Assembly (NCBI GenBank): GCA_937125225.1
Contig: CAKZLE010000018.1
Span: 64,142 to 128,141, forward strand
Direction: 5' to 3'
Origin: an uncultured Spirochaetia bacterium
Lineage (GTDB): Bacteria > Spirochaetota > Spirochaetia > CAKZLE01
DNA length: 64,000 nt
Part shown: positions 1-10,363 of the stretch, piece by piece
Layout: each line of letters begins with the position of its first letter
How positions within the stretch are numbered: the first letter of the stretch is position 1
Notes under the pieces: generated by a model
Told to the model about the DNA's origin: nothing
Databases searched by the model: none
What the model saw: only the letters and a program-made list of their open reading frames with translations
Program-made: the position numbers and the translations under genes

Positions 1-1244
1 ATATCCTGGACCGTCGCTTGAAATAGCGGTCGATCGGTCTCCTCATTGGAGATAGTCCGGAGATTCATCTGAACGGGTATCAATCCTGATTCATTATGAT
101 ACATGAAGGCCTTAATATTGTAGACCTTCTGCTCTTTCATCAATACTTTTGAGGCTTCGATGAGTTTTCTATGGTCAGTATGATAGAAGAGGTCTAGCCA
201 GGAATTACCGATCACTGGAAAGTTGTCTCTTGGAAGGGAGTCAATCAACTGATTATTACACCGAATGATGATCCCATTAGCATAATCTACAGAGAAATAG
301 ATATCGGGGGAATTGTTATAGAGGTCTTGATAGAGTTCTTTCACCTCTGTTATCTCTGCGGTACGTTCCTTGACCCTCTTCTCGAGGATGTTAGAATAGT
401 TCTTCAGCTCTGCCTGATAGGCTTCATGAGCACTATGGTAGCCAAGAAGCATACTACGAATCTTCTTATAAATGAAGATCGCAATGAGGATAGCGATAAC
501 GCTGAAAAGTAGGCAGAATAGAAATACGATTCGTATACTTTTTTGCATGTCCTCAGTGAGAACAGCTTTTCTTTCAGCCACTAAGAGATCCATATCATCA
601 TAATAGACTCCAGTAGCGATGATCCAGTCAAATTCCTTAAGAAGCCTCGCATAGGTGATCTTCTCTGAGTTGATCGTAGAACCCTTTTTCTTGAACCAAT
701 AGGAGAAGAAAAGTGACCCATTCGCTTTTACTCCCTCCAATTCTATCAAATAGGGTAGGTTGCCATCAATATCGGTAAGATTAGTAGATAAGAGCATGCC
801 TTCACTTTCTGGGATATTCGGGTGAACTCTTCTAAACGCATAGTCTTCACCCCCATCATAATCCAGGATCTCGTTGACCCAGATATACCCGTCGTTTGAT
901 AAGGAGATGGCTCGAATACGATTTGTATAATACTCTTTCAACTCTTCTATTGTGAGTTCTTCTGCAAAGCCATCAGCTTGATAAAGATCAGATTCTATCT
1001 GTTGAACGATGCTGTCAACGAGATCTTTGATAGCTATTTTCTTCTCTTCAAATAGATGGGTCTTCACCGATTCAGTCTGTTCTTGAATCTGTTTCTCCAT
1101 GGATTGAATATAGATGAATAGGGTACTCGCCACTACAAGAATGGTGATAAAGATCTGTGTGAGAAGCATGACCCTTGTGATTGTTTGTATATAGGTCTTC
1201 GATAGGCCCTGTATAGATTTCTTCGTTGCATTCTCTTGCTGCAT
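1..1244 (-). CDS. sensor protein, N-terminal part only: TM, periplasmic Cache-like domain, TM, PAS domain. The C-terminus (output domain) lies beyond the window start
   Basis: Open minus-strand frame from ATG at 1244 runs off the window edge, so it is absent from the supplied ORF track. The translation has two hydrophobic segments flanking a ~250-aa domain with Cache-like motifs (GYIWVNE, YFSYWFKK). A PAS-like region follows (SPDIYFSVDYANGIIIRCN). TATAAT lies directly upstream and there is no clear RBS. Confidence 0.55.
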   Translation of the reverse strand, partial: MQQENATKKSIQGLSKTYIQTITRVMLLTQIFITILVVASTLFIYIQSMEKQIQEQTESVKTHLFEEKKIAIKDLVDSIVQQIESDLYQADGFAEELTIEELKEYYTNRIRAISLSNDGYIWVNEILDYDGGEDYAFRRVHPNIPESEGMLLSTNLTDIDGNLPYLIELEGVKANGSLFFSYWFKKKGSTINSEKITYARLLKEFDWIIATGVYYDDMDLLVAERKAVLTEDMQKSIRIVFLFCLLFSVIAILIAIFIYKKIRSMLLGYHSAHEAYQAELKNYSNILEKRVKERTAEITEVKELYQDLYNNSPDIYFSVDYANGIIIRCNNQLIDSLPRDNFPVIGNSWLDLFYHTDHRKLIEASKVLMKEQKVYNIKAFMYHNESGLIPVQMNLRTISNEETDRPLFQATVQD

Positions 1245-1373
1245 CTATAAATTATACCATAGGAATCTCTAACCTCAAATAGATAAAAAACGATGAATCC
1301 CAAAGAGATTCCATCTAGGTTTTTTTCTCAGATTCAGTATAATAAACATATACTCATTACAAAGGATAGTAAG

Positions 1374-2162
1374 ATGATTGGTGCGAATATTGAAGAGATA
1401 CGAGAGAAGAAAGCATTCATCTGTGATATGGATGGAGTCATCTATCATGGGAATCGACTACTCGATGGTGTACCTGAGTTCATAGACTGGTTACAGAATA
1501 ATGATAAGCAATACCTATTCCTGACCAACTCCAGCGAGAGGTCTCCGTTAGAGCTTCAACAGAAACTCGCTCGATTGGGCGTCTCTATCGATAAGAAGCA
1601 TTTCTATACCTCAGCACTCGCAACGGCGATGTTCCTTCAAAGACAGATTCCTGATGGGAGTGCCTATGTGATCGGCGAGGCAGGATTGATCAATGCGATG
1701 TATCAGGCTGGATACACGATGAATGATATGAATCCAGACTATGTGGTGGTGGGAGAGTCAAGGACCTATAATCTGGAGAGTTTGACCCGTGCGGTGAATC
1801 TTGTAGAGAAGGGTGCCCGGCTTATCGGGACGAATCCTGATCTGACCGGACCGATCGAGAAGGGAATCATGCCTGCGACTGGGGCTCTTATCTCCCCCAT
1901 AGCACTCGCTACTGGAGTGACTCCCTATTTCGTAGGGAAACCAAATCCCCTTATGATGAGAAATGCCTTGAAGATTCTTGGTTGTAAGAGAGAGGAGACG
2001 GTGATCATCGGGGACCGGATGGATACCGATATGCTCTCAGGTATTGAATCTGAGATCGATACCGTACTCGTATTGACCGGGGTGTCTTCGAAAGAGACGG
2101 TGAAGCGCTTTGCCTACCGACCAGGCTTGATCCTTGATGGTGTTAAGGACATACCGGTATAG
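1374..2162 (+). CDS. HAD superfamily hydrolase, subfamily IIA (NagD/UMP-phosphatase-like)
   Basis: Motif I DMDGVIY, FLTNSS, and GDR.DTD near the C-terminus. I prefer the internal ATG at 1374 (AAGGA 9 nt upstream) over the track start at 1293. Confidence 0.75.
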   Translation: MIGANIEEIREKKAFICDMDGVIYHGNRLLDGVPEFIDWLQNNDKQYLFLTNSSERSPLELQQKLARLGVSIDKKHFYTSALATAMFLQRQIPDGSAYVIGEAGLINAMYQAGYTMNDMNPDYVVVGESRTYNLESLTRAVNLVEKGARLIGTNPDLTGPIEKGIMPATGALISPIALATGVTPYFVGKPNPLMMRNALKILGCKREETVIIGDRMDTDMLSGIESEIDTVLVLTGVSSKETVKRFAYRPGLILDGVKDIPV

Positions 2163-2183
2163 AGAACCAACTAACAAAGGAAG

Positions 2184-2978
2184 ATGAAATCTACAATGAT
2201 CTATAATTACCACACGCATACCTATAGATGTAAGCACGCCACAGGTGACATAGATGAATATGTTTCAGAGGCAAAACGAATAGGGATGAAGAGACTCGGT
2301 TTCAGCGAACATATCCCTCTCCCCCATGATAGATGGGTCCATGCACATATGGATGATGAGGCGTTCCCTGAATATATCGATAACGTCAGAGATCATCAGA
2401 TAAAGGAGTCACCAGAGCTTCAGATCTCTCTTGGAGGAGAGGTCGAATATCTCAAAGAGTACCACTCCTATTTTAAGGATGAGATCCTCTCTAGTGGTAA
2501 ACTCGAGTACCTCATAGGTTCTCCCCATTGGATCAAGTCCCATGGACAGTGGGTATGGCCCTCAGAACTTCAGGATGTCAAAGGTTTACTTGCCTATTCT
2601 ACCTATTGTCAGGATCTCTTTTCCTCTGGACTCTTTCTCTATATGGGACATCCTGATGTGATCTTCTCTGGATATAGGAGTTGGGATGCCAATGCGATCT
2701 CATTAGCAAAAGATATCATAGAGGGGGCAGTTGCTGCCGATCTTCCTTTAGAGATCAACGCGAATGGTCTGCGAAAGAGTTCTATCTATTCACTTGATGA
2801 GATAGGCGATTCTCTGTATCCGAACTTTGATTTCTGGGAACTCGCTGCAAGTTATCCGGTGAAGGTGGTCATCGGCTCTGACTCTCATGATGCTCACCTA
2901 CTCGGTGATAAACTTGATTTATGTGAAGAATTGGCTGAATCACTCAATATCTCCATCATAGACCCCTTTGATAAATAA
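2184..2978 (+). CDS. PHP-domain phosphoesterase, HisJ/histidinol-phosphatase family
   Basis: N-terminal YHTHTYRCKHA metal-binding signature of HisJ-family PHP phosphatases. Length ~260 aa. The alternative start at 2196 is equally plausible. Confidence 0.7.
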   Translation: MKSTMIYNYHTHTYRCKHATGDIDEYVSEAKRIGMKRLGFSEHIPLPHDRWVHAHMDDEAFPEYIDNVRDHQIKESPELQISLGGEVEYLKEYHSYFKDEILSSGKLEYLIGSPHWIKSHGQWVWPSELQDVKGLLAYSTYCQDLFSSGLFLYMGHPDVIFSGYRSWDANAISLAKDIIEGAVAADLPLEINANGLRKSSIYSLDEIGDSLYPNFDFWELAASYPVKVVIGSDSHDAHLLGDKLDLCEELAESLNISIIDPFDK

Positions 2979-3077
2979 CAGATTGTTAGCAATCTGTCAT
3001 GATTTTTTCATAGCCTGTGGTTTCTGAATGTAGTATCTTTAAAACTGAATGATTCGATATCATCAGGAGGTATATGT

Positions 3078-3827
3078 ATGAGGGAAACGAATCCCGAACA
3101 ATTCATAGAACAGGCAATAGATGAGATACTGCCGATCATAAAGCATGTCTTTGGCGATAATCTGAAGATGGTAGGCCTTTATGGGAGTGCTGCGACCGGA
3201 AGCTTTGTGAAAAGAGTCTCTGATGTGAATATCCTCATCATTGTTGGGAAGTCCTCAGTGGATGAGATGCTCAAACTCTCAAAAGAGGGTAAGAAAGGTT
3301 TGATCGATTTCAGGATCACTCCGCATATATTATCGCAGAAAGAACTCGAAACGAGTTCAGATGTCTTCCCTGTTGAATACCAGGAGATCCAGGCGACAAT
3401 GAGATTACTGTATGGGGAGTCGATGCTCGATTCTCTCAAGATCGGGAAGTCGAATATTCGTCATCAGGTAGAGACGATGCTCAGAGGAGAGATGAACTCT
3501 CTCAAACAGATCATTCTCATGACCTCTCGAGATGAGAAGATATTCAAACGAGAGGTCCTCTCCTGGAGTGGCCGACAGATCCCTCTATTCAGGGCCGTAT
3601 TACGACTCTATAATGCTCAGTCTGATGGATGTTCATCACTGGACCTCTATAAATTGATTCAATGCCTTGAGGAGCATGTGAAAGTCGATTGTTCATCCTT
3701 CAGGATCCTTCTGGATCTTAGACTGAAACAGGATACTCATGTAGAGATGAACTCTCTAATCACAGATCTGACCGAACAATATATGAAGATGGTGGAGGCT
3801 ATAGATGCAGGTGAATTCACGAGTTAG
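3078..3827 (+). CDS. Pol-beta-superfamily nucleotidyltransferase, KNTase/ANT(4')-like fold (N-terminal NTase plus C-terminal helical domain)
   Basis: KMVGLYGSAATGSFVKRVSDVNILIIV matches the G[VL]YGS...SD[IV][EN] core of kanamycin nucleotidyltransferase-like proteins. Length 249 aa is close to KNTase. The second acidic residue of the metal motif is N here. RBS GGAGG before the ATG. Confidence 0.5.
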   Translation: MRETNPEQFIEQAIDEILPIIKHVFGDNLKMVGLYGSAATGSFVKRVSDVNILIIVGKSSVDEMLKLSKEGKKGLIDFRITPHILSQKELETSSDVFPVEYQEIQATMRLLYGESMLDSLKIGKSNIRHQVETMLRGEMNSLKQIILMTSRDEKIFKREVLSWSGRQIPLFRAVLRLYNAQSDGCSSLDLYKLIQCLEEHVKVDCSSFRILLDLRLKQDTHVEMNSLITDLTEQYMKMVEAIDAGEFTS

Positions 3828-4581
3828 ACGAACACTGTTCCTGTCAATTATTCTCATCCTAGTCTCAGCCCTCTCTTTTGCGGCACTTCCTGCCCCCACC
3901 GGTTATGTCAGTGACTTCGCGCAGGTCATCACCAGTTCTCAGGAACTTGAGATCGAGGCTGTTGCAAAGGCCCTCGATGACTCCGGGAATATCGAGATCG
4001 CGATAGTGACCGTGGAGAGTATGGAGGGTAATTCCATTGAGGAGTACTCCTATGAACTTGCAGATGCCTGGGGGATCGGTGATAGTCAAGAGGATACAGG
4101 TCTGCTGTTCCTATTGGCAGTCGAAGAGAGACAGGTTCGGATAGAGGTCGGGTATGGATTAGAGGGAGATCTTCCTGATGGACTCGTCGGACGTATCCTC
4201 GATAGCTATGTTCTTCCCCCCTTCAAGAATGGTGATTTCTCAGAGGGGATGGCAGAGGGAACCAAAGCGATAGCTGCTACCCTTGCAGAAAAGAGAGACT
4301 TTACCCTTGAGATCTCAGATATCGAATCCTATGCTAGCTCAGAGAGTGATGATTCCCTAGAAGATATCATAGGATCGATCTTCACGGTGATCTTCGTCAT
4401 CTTCATGATCTTTGGTCGGATGAGGCTATGGCCTCTCCTGTTCTTAGGATCCTCTCGAAGAGGTCGTTCTTATGGTGGAGGCTTCGGCTCTTCCGGTAGG
4501 GGCGGTGGCTTCGGTGGCGGTGGCTTCGGTGGATTCAGCGGTGGAGGTTTTGGAGGCGGTGGAGCCTCTCGAGGATTTTAA
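3805..4581 (+). CDS. TPM-domain protein (YgcG/TLP18.3-like) with signal peptide, C-terminal TM and a Gly-rich tail
   Basis: Signal peptide, then GYVSDFA...IAIVTV...GLLFLLAVEERQVRIEVGYGLEG (TPM fold), a TM, and a GGGFGGGG tail. Overlaps the upstream gene by 23 nt. Confidence 0.8.
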   Translation: MQVNSRVRRTLFLSIILILVSALSFAALPAPTGYVSDFAQVITSSQELEIEAVAKALDDSGNIEIAIVTVESMEGNSIEEYSYELADAWGIGDSQEDTGLLFLLAVEERQVRIEVGYGLEGDLPDGLVGRILDSYVLPPFKNGDFSEGMAEGTKAIAATLAEKRDFTLEISDIESYASSESDDSLEDIIGSIFTVIFVIFMIFGRMRLWPLLFLGSSRRGRSYGGGFGSSGRGGGFGGGGFGGFSGGGFGGGGASRGF

Positions 4582-4601
4582 CAAGAGGAGTTAGATAACG
4601 T

Positions 4602-5180
4602 ATGAAAAAAGGAACAATTATTGGATTGATCGTATTGGCTGTGATCATATTGATACTGGTGATCAGTGTGTCATGGTTCGTCTCGACAAGGAATTCACTT
4701 GTACGAATGGAGCAGGAGATCGAAGGTCAGTGGGCCCAAGTAGAGAATCAGCTGCAAAGAAGATATGATCTTATCCCGAATCTGGTGAATACTGTCAAAG
4801 GATATGCAAGTCATGAAGAAGAGGTGTTCACAGCCATCGCTGATGCAAGAAGTAAGCTAGGTGGTTCAAATAGTGTCTCAGAGACTGCTGCAGCCTCATC
4901 AGAGCTTGATTCAGCATTATCTAGGTTACTCGTGGTCGTTGAGGCCTATCCTGATCTGAAGGCCGATACTGGCTTCTTGAACTTGCAGGATGAGCTTGCG
5001 GGAACTGAGAACCGTCTTGCTGTTGCACGAAAGAACTATAATGATTCTGTAAAGATCTTCAACACGGAGATCCGCATGTTCCCTGCAAATATAGTTGCGG
5101 GAACTCTCGGTCTAGAGAAACAGGACTACTTCGAGATCGCAGATGAGGTGAGAGATGCACCTGTGGTGAATTTCGAATAG
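4602..5180 (+). CDS. lemA: LemA family protein
   Basis: N-terminal TM, then NSLVRMEQEIEGQWAQVENQLQRRYDLIPNLV, typical of LemA. Classic partner of the TPM gene. Confidence 0.8.
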   Translation: MKKGTIIGLIVLAVIILILVISVSWFVSTRNSLVRMEQEIEGQWAQVENQLQRRYDLIPNLVNTVKGYASHEEEVFTAIADARSKLGGSNSVSETAAASSELDSALSRLLVVVEAYPDLKADTGFLNLQDELAGTENRLAVARKNYNDSVKIFNTEIRMFPANIVAGTLGLEKQDYFEIADEVRDAPVVNFE

Positions 5181-5202
5181 GTTTTTTAGTTTGTAAAAAG
5201 AG

Positions 5203-5228
5203 AGGCCGATACGTCAGGGTATCGGCCT
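5203..5228. terminator. bidirectional rho-independent terminator between convergent lemA and the GT4 gene
   Basis: AGGCCGATAC-GTCAGG-GTATCGGCCT 10-bp stem with A-run upstream and T-rich tract downstream. Confidence 0.5.
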
Positions 5229-5246
5229 TCTGTATATCGGAGGGGG

Positions 5247-6614
5247 CTACCGCTCTTCAATGAGAGGAAGTAGATACCCCTTTAGGGCCTCCATGGAATA
5301 GAACTCTTTCCCGATCTTGAAATTCTTCTCGACGGCAGTCTCTCTCATCTTTTCATCTGTAAGATAGGAGATCGCCAGGTCTGCAGCTACCTCAAGTAAC
5401 TCTGCTGAGATACGTATCAAACCATTCTTATCATCTTTTTTGTGAGTGGATCCCAGAGATATATAGTCGAAACCACGTTCTTTGATATCAGAGATGAAAA
5501 TAGGGTATTCATAGACTACCATAGGTCTCTTTGCGAAGAGCCCCTCGAGAAACTGGTTTCCCCAACCCTCCCAATAGGAGGGATAGGTTATGAGATCTGC
5601 ATGGACATAGGAGTCCCAAAGGCTGTAGATCTTCTTATCCTCTATGATCGCTCTTTCATGGCCAATAGAATCACTGATGAACTTGAGCGGCACCTTTTTC
5701 TCTTTTGCATGCTCTAGGAGCCTTTTTTGATAGGTACCTGTCGCATCATCACTTGCATAGCCTGCGAGGACGAGCACTATTACTGAATCTTCTTTGAAGG
5801 TCCGACCATCCCAGAGGGTAGTGCCTACTAACTGATCCCTTTTAGCATTGATCCTGGCAATCAGATCAATAGCAAGTTCGATCCCTTTTCTCTCAACGAT
5901 CCTTGTTGCCTGAAGGATCATGATATCTTCTGGAGCCAATCCTATAGCGGATCTAAGATCTCTATTATACTCATCGATGACCCAAGTGGGTCTTTCAAAA
6001 TCAAATACATTTGGAATGATCGTCGACTCTAACGAACGCCTGTTCAGCATCTGAGACTGACCCATGGTATTGATTACCACATGTCTATAATCTGGGTTTA
6101 GGGGAGGTAAGTATCGCTGTACTAACTCCTTTGCAGTAGGAGAGGATATCTTGGCACCACCAAGACGTTCCCAGTAAAAGTCATGATGTTGTGCTACTAC
6201 GGGAAGAGAGAATCGTTTGGCGACTCTCTCCATAGCTATAGCGACTGCAGGATTCATGGCCACCGACCAGATGTTCTGGGGGATGAGAAGATCGATCTTA
6301 TGCTCTTCGATGAATCGTGTTAAGACTTCTTCAGCTTTACCTGCCTCCTCATAGAGAACCTCTCGATACTCCTCTTCATCATTGAATCCTACAGGTTCTA
6401 CAAATGAGTAATGATAGAGTCTCTTGGCAATAATACTGGTATGGTGGAGAGCGGGATGGATGAGTTTCGCATCATCACCCACCTCTGCTCCGAGAAGATG
6501 GACGGTATGACCTGCATCCTCGAGGACTTTCTTCCACTTGTTCATCTCTAGGGATACCCCATCGGTTCCCATGATCTTGTAATGTATCATTCCTATAGTA
6601 CATCGTCTTTTCAT
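5247..6614 (-). CDS. GT-B glycosyltransferase, GT4-like
   Basis: N-terminal G-rich loop TDGVSLEMNKW...GHTV, and C-terminal E..GWGNQFLEGLFAKRPMVV resembling the GT4 EX7E region. Stop is 4 nt from the start of the GH13_18 gene. Confidence 0.5.
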   Translation of the reverse strand: MKRRCTIGMIHYKIMGTDGVSLEMNKWKKVLEDAGHTVHLLGAEVGDDAKLIHPALHHTSIIAKRLYHYSFVEPVGFNDEEEYREVLYEEAGKAEEVLTRFIEEHKIDLLIPQNIWSVAMNPAVAIAMERVAKRFSLPVVAQHHDFYWERLGGAKISSPTAKELVQRYLPPLNPDYRHVVINTMGQSQMLNRRSLESTIIPNVFDFERPTWVIDEYNRDLRSAIGLAPEDIMILQATRIVERKGIELAIDLIARINAKRDQLVGTTLWDGRTFKEDSVIVLVLAGYASDDATGTYQKRLLEHAKEKKVPLKFISDSIGHERAIIEDKKIYSLWDSYVHADLITYPSYWEGWGNQFLEGLFAKRPMVVYEYPIFISDIKERGFDYISLGSTHKKDDKNGLIRISAELLEVAADLAISYLTDEKMRETAVEKNFKIGKEFYSMEALKGYLLPLIEER

Positions 6615-6617
6615 CAG

Positions 6618-8342
6618 TCAAATAGTTCCTTTTATCCATATCACACCATAGGGTTCGATCTCCGAGGGGATCTCTTCACAAGTGAGAGCCTCAAGGGTCG
6701 CACCTGCGAGTAGTCGTTCGAATAACACTCCGATCTGAATCGATCCGATTGTCTTACCTGAGACGTTCGTGATACTCAGGATTGCCTCTTGGCAGTCTCC
6801 TGTGATCCTTCCTACGATGAACAGGGATGGATCGGGACTTATGAGGATCACCTGTTGGGCATGTGGTGAGAATGCCCGTTGCTCATTTCGTATCCTCAAG
6901 AGATTGCAGTATCGCGATAGTATCTGATGCTGCTCACTTTGATAGTCGGTCAACTCCGTAGTGATCGAATCAAGAGAGAGTTTTTCTCTATTGATAGATC
7001 TTGGCATCCCGGTCATACTAGGCCCCTCTTTCCAATTTCTCGATCCGATAAGGCTATGAAAATAGATTCCCGGTACTCCCCGAAGTGCTAACATGATCGA
7101 TTGAGAGGCTATGAATCGTCTCGATTCATAGGGGGTCTCCCCTGCGATCGAGAGGGCATCGAAATAGTTCATATTCATTTCGTAGGGACTCTTTGAACCA
7201 TCAGAATTGTTCTTATAGGAGACATACCCACCATTCTCAATGATCAATCGGGCCATAAGGGTTATATCGTCACCGGGAAGAATACCACTTGCGGGCATGA
7301 GTCCCACACCATCATGAGAGGCGAGGAAATTGAAATAGGTCGTCTCATCAGATGGGAACTCAAGCGTACGAGCCCATTGTGAAAGGATCGTCGCATCACC
7401 TTTCATGAAAGCATGTAGGGTGAGTGGTGGTAGGGGGAAATTATAGACCATGGCAGCCTCGTCCAAACCATTCCCGAAATATGAGATATTCTCTTCATGA
7501 GGTACATTCGTCTCGGTGATCAATCGTACTCCAGAACCTGAGGCATCGAGCATCTTTCTGATCAGTTTGATTATCCTATGGGTCTTTGGATGGTGAATAC
7601 AGCTTGTTCCGAGCTCTTTCCAGATGAAAGCGATCGCATCGAGTCTGATCAGGTCTGCACCATTCCCAATATACTCATTCAGGATATCCATGATCTCAAG
7701 GAGTACGGCTGGGTTGCTATAGTTGAGATCTATCTGATCATCACTGAAAGTAGTCCATACATGTCTTTCCCCAAGAGAATGCTCGATCTCTGTCAAGAGA
7801 GGTAGTGCTCTCGGTCTGAATACCGAGGAGAGATCCTCCTTCGGGTCTACCTCGATGAAGAACGCATCATAGGGAGGTCTTCCCTTGAGGTAGTCATTGA
7901 ACCAGTTGCTCTTTCTCGAGACATGGTTGGCCACGAGATCGAACATCAGACGGTGCTCTGAACCTAGCTTTCTGATATCCTCCCATGTTCCGAGGGCTTT
8001 ATCGACCTCTCGATAATCGATCACTGAAAAGCCATCATCTGAGGAATAGGGACAGAAGGGGAGGATATGAATAGTATTCACCGAATCCTTTATGAATTGA
8101 TGTATAAAATGGAAGAGTCCCTGAAGGGGGGTCTTCTCATCATCAGGACGGATGATATCCCCATAGGTGATGAGGATGGCATCTCTTTGGTCGAGTTCAT
8201 GTGGGATGATCTTACGCTCTGCAGCTATCTGCTGCAGAGCGGTAAGTCTCTTCATGAAATCCGGTAAGAACTGCTTTGCTGTCTGACTGCCATAGATGAA
8301 TCTTAGATCATCGTAAAGGGCAGATTCATGTGTTTTACCCAT
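6618..8342 (-). CDS. GH13 subfamily 18 glycoside phosphorylase (sucrose phosphorylase family; specificity undetermined)
   Basis: 574 aa. Shows FDLVANHVS, RLDAIAFIWKELGTSC, and ILPFCPYSSDDGFSVIDY, typical of sucrose-phosphorylase-like GH13_18 enzymes. Confidence 0.7.
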   Translation of the reverse strand: MGKTHESALYDDLRFIYGSQTAKQFLPDFMKRLTALQQIAAERKIIPHELDQRDAILITYGDIIRPDDEKTPLQGLFHFIHQFIKDSVNTIHILPFCPYSSDDGFSVIDYREVDKALGTWEDIRKLGSEHRLMFDLVANHVSRKSNWFNDYLKGRPPYDAFFIEVDPKEDLSSVFRPRALPLLTEIEHSLGERHVWTTFSDDQIDLNYSNPAVLLEIMDILNEYIGNGADLIRLDAIAFIWKELGTSCIHHPKTHRIIKLIRKMLDASGSGVRLITETNVPHEENISYFGNGLDEAAMVYNFPLPPLTLHAFMKGDATILSQWARTLEFPSDETTYFNFLASHDGVGLMPASGILPGDDITLMARLIIENGGYVSYKNNSDGSKSPYEMNMNYFDALSIAGETPYESRRFIASQSIMLALRGVPGIYFHSLIGSRNWKEGPSMTGMPRSINREKLSLDSITTELTDYQSEQHQILSRYCNLLRIRNEQRAFSPHAQQVILISPDPSLFIVGRITGDCQEAILSITNVSGKTIGSIQIGVLFERLLAGATLEALTCEEIPSEIEPYGVIWIKGTI

Positions 8343-8364
8343 GGTAAATCCTTATCTTATGATA

Positions 8365-9327
8365 TTATTCTTTTACTCCACCGGAGGACATATTTCCAGC
8401 TAGATACTTCTGAACGAGCATGAACAGGATGACTACCGGAATAGCTGTCAGCATCGATGCTGCCATGATTCTGTCCCAGATAGCATTCTTTGAGACAAAG
8501 AGAGCCTTCAGAGCTATTGGTAAGGTGAAGAGATCTTTGAAAGACTTCAAGAATACCGAAGCGAAAAGATACTCGTTCCAAGCGATCATAAAGGAGTAAA
8601 CGAATACTGTGGCAAGAGCTCCAAGCGATAGAGGAATGATGATCTTCCAGATAGTCTGGATCCTAGTATATCCCTCTACAAAAGCGGCTTCTTCAATAGA
8701 GAAGGGGATGCTTCTGAAGGTATTTCCCAGCATATAGAGTGATACTGGTAGCGTCTGGACCATATAGATGATCAGTAACGATACGACAGTTCCCTGTTCA
8801 GTACCTGCAAGCCCGATAGCAACAGATATCTTATATAGGGGAATCAGAAGTAATATACCCCCGACCATATAGACGAACAGGACTCCTCTCTGAATGAGCT
8901 TCTGACCACGATACTTCATCCGACTGATAGAGTAGGCCCCAAAGATCGCAATGATCAAAGATATGAAGGCAGCCGTAGTCGCAAATGCAAGGGAGTTCCT
9001 GAAATACTTCATGAAGGGGAAGATGTCCCCGGAATCTTTGAATTTGGCTATGATGGATTCCTTCTGAGCCTCCGTAAGGTCTGGAGTCTCCTCTAGTAGT
9101 ATCCTGACTGATTCAGGAAGGTCCTTCTCATCCTGTCCAATATTCAGGAGTTCCTTATAGGCACTTGTGTTCACTTGTGCCGGTATGAGAGAGGGGTTAC
9201 CCCAGTCCCAGGAATGTTTAAGCGATGTGGAGAGCATCTGAAGGAAGGGGAAGAGACTGAAGAGGACTATGAACATGACCAGAAGGAAGAATCCGATAGA
9301 TTTAAAGATATTCTTATGTATTACCAT
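8365..9327 (-). CDS. carbohydrate ABC transporter permease (MalG/UgpE-like)
   Basis: Six TM segments with an EAA-like loop (FVEGYTRIQTIWKIIIPL). Overlaps the upstream permease. Confidence 0.8.
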   Translation of the reverse strand: MVIHKNIFKSIGFFLLVMFIVLFSLFPFLQMLSTSLKHSWDWGNPSLIPAQVNTSAYKELLNIGQDEKDLPESVRILLEETPDLTEAQKESIIAKFKDSGDIFPFMKYFRNSLAFATTAAFISLIIAIFGAYSISRMKYRGQKLIQRGVLFVYMVGGILLLIPLYKISVAIGLAGTEQGTVVSLLIIYMVQTLPVSLYMLGNTFRSIPFSIEEAAFVEGYTRIQTIWKIIIPLSLGALATVFVYSFMIAWNEYLFASVFLKSFKDLFTLPIALKALFVSKNAIWDRIMAASMLTAIPVVILFMLVQKYLAGNMSSGGVKE

Positions 9328-10193
9328 TTTAGCACCTTCTTTACATACAATAGTATAAGTCCGATCAAAAGGCCGAACTGGATGACTACCAGTGCAGAAC
9401 CTTGCCCTAGATCCATATTACCGGTGAAGGCTTTGAAATAGGTGTAGATCGATAGGACTTTGACATTATCAGTGAGAAGATAGATATCTTCAAACTTATT
9501 GAAGTTCCAGATGAAACGTAAGAGTACGATGGATCCCATAACGAAGTAGAGCTCAGGTAATGTGATACTGAAGAATTTTCTCACAGGTCCGCATCCATCG
9601 ATCTCAGCCGCCTCATAGAGGTTCTTGTCGATCGTCTGAAGTCTGGAGAGCAACATGAGATAGGTAAAGGGGAAACTCTTCCAGATACTGAAGATGATAG
9701 CTACCCAGATGGCATACGAGGGGGAACCTATGAGGTTGAATCTCTGATCATATATTCCAAGAACATCGACCATGAAGTGCATGAAGATCCCATTAACAGG
9801 ATCAAAGAAGAACTGCCAAGCGAAGACTACTGATATTACTGGAGCTACATAGGGTAGTAGTATGATTGAACGTACTAGCCACCGCAGCGGGAATTTCTTA
9901 TTCATTACCATAGCGACGATAAGACCGAAGAGCGTCGTTCCAAACGTACTGAAGATGACATAGGTGAAGGTGGTCGCTACTGATTTCCAGAAAGTAGGAT
10001 CGGATAATACCGATGTATAGTTTTCTAATGCGATGTAGGTACTTTGTCCGGTCATAGTCACATCGAAGAAACTCAGATATATATTATACCCGACCGGATA
10101 GAGTATTAAGAGGAGTATGATCGATAGGGCCGGAAGTACGAGCTTCACGCCTAGACGAGCATCTTTCTGTTCTAATGTTAAGTGCTTTTGCAT
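9321..10193 (-). CDS. carbohydrate ABC transporter permease (MalF/UgpA-like)
   Basis: Polytopic with EAA motif (YEAAEIDGCGPVRKFFSITLP). Confidence 0.8.
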   Translation of the reverse strand: MQKHLTLEQKDARLGVKLVLPALSIILLLILYPVGYNIYLSFFDVTMTGQSTYIALENYTSVLSDPTFWKSVATTFTYVIFSTFGTTLFGLIVAMVMNKKFPLRWLVRSIILLPYVAPVISVVFAWQFFFDPVNGIFMHFMVDVLGIYDQRFNLIGSPSYAIWVAIIFSIWKSFPFTYLMLLSRLQTIDKNLYEAAEIDGCGPVRKFFSITLPELYFVMGSIVLLRFIWNFNKFEDIYLLTDNVKVLSIYTYFKAFTGNMDLGQGSALVVIQFGLLIGLILLYVKKVLKW

Positions 10194-10363
10194 AACATCT
10201 CCTGATCACAGATATTGTGAAGTTCACAGTGTTTGTGATAATGTCTAGAGAACTAATAGACAAAGCCTGCGGTCTGCAAAATCGGCAGGCTTTGCCTGAT
10301 ACTTGTGGTTTACCTAGAGCATGTTCCCATGTCTTTAGGTAAACCCTTTTCGTTTACCGTGGA

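Noticed and set aside
327-512. 61-aa + ORF
   Set aside because: Antisense inside the long minus-strand Cache/PAS sensor gene. No RBS, low-complexity.
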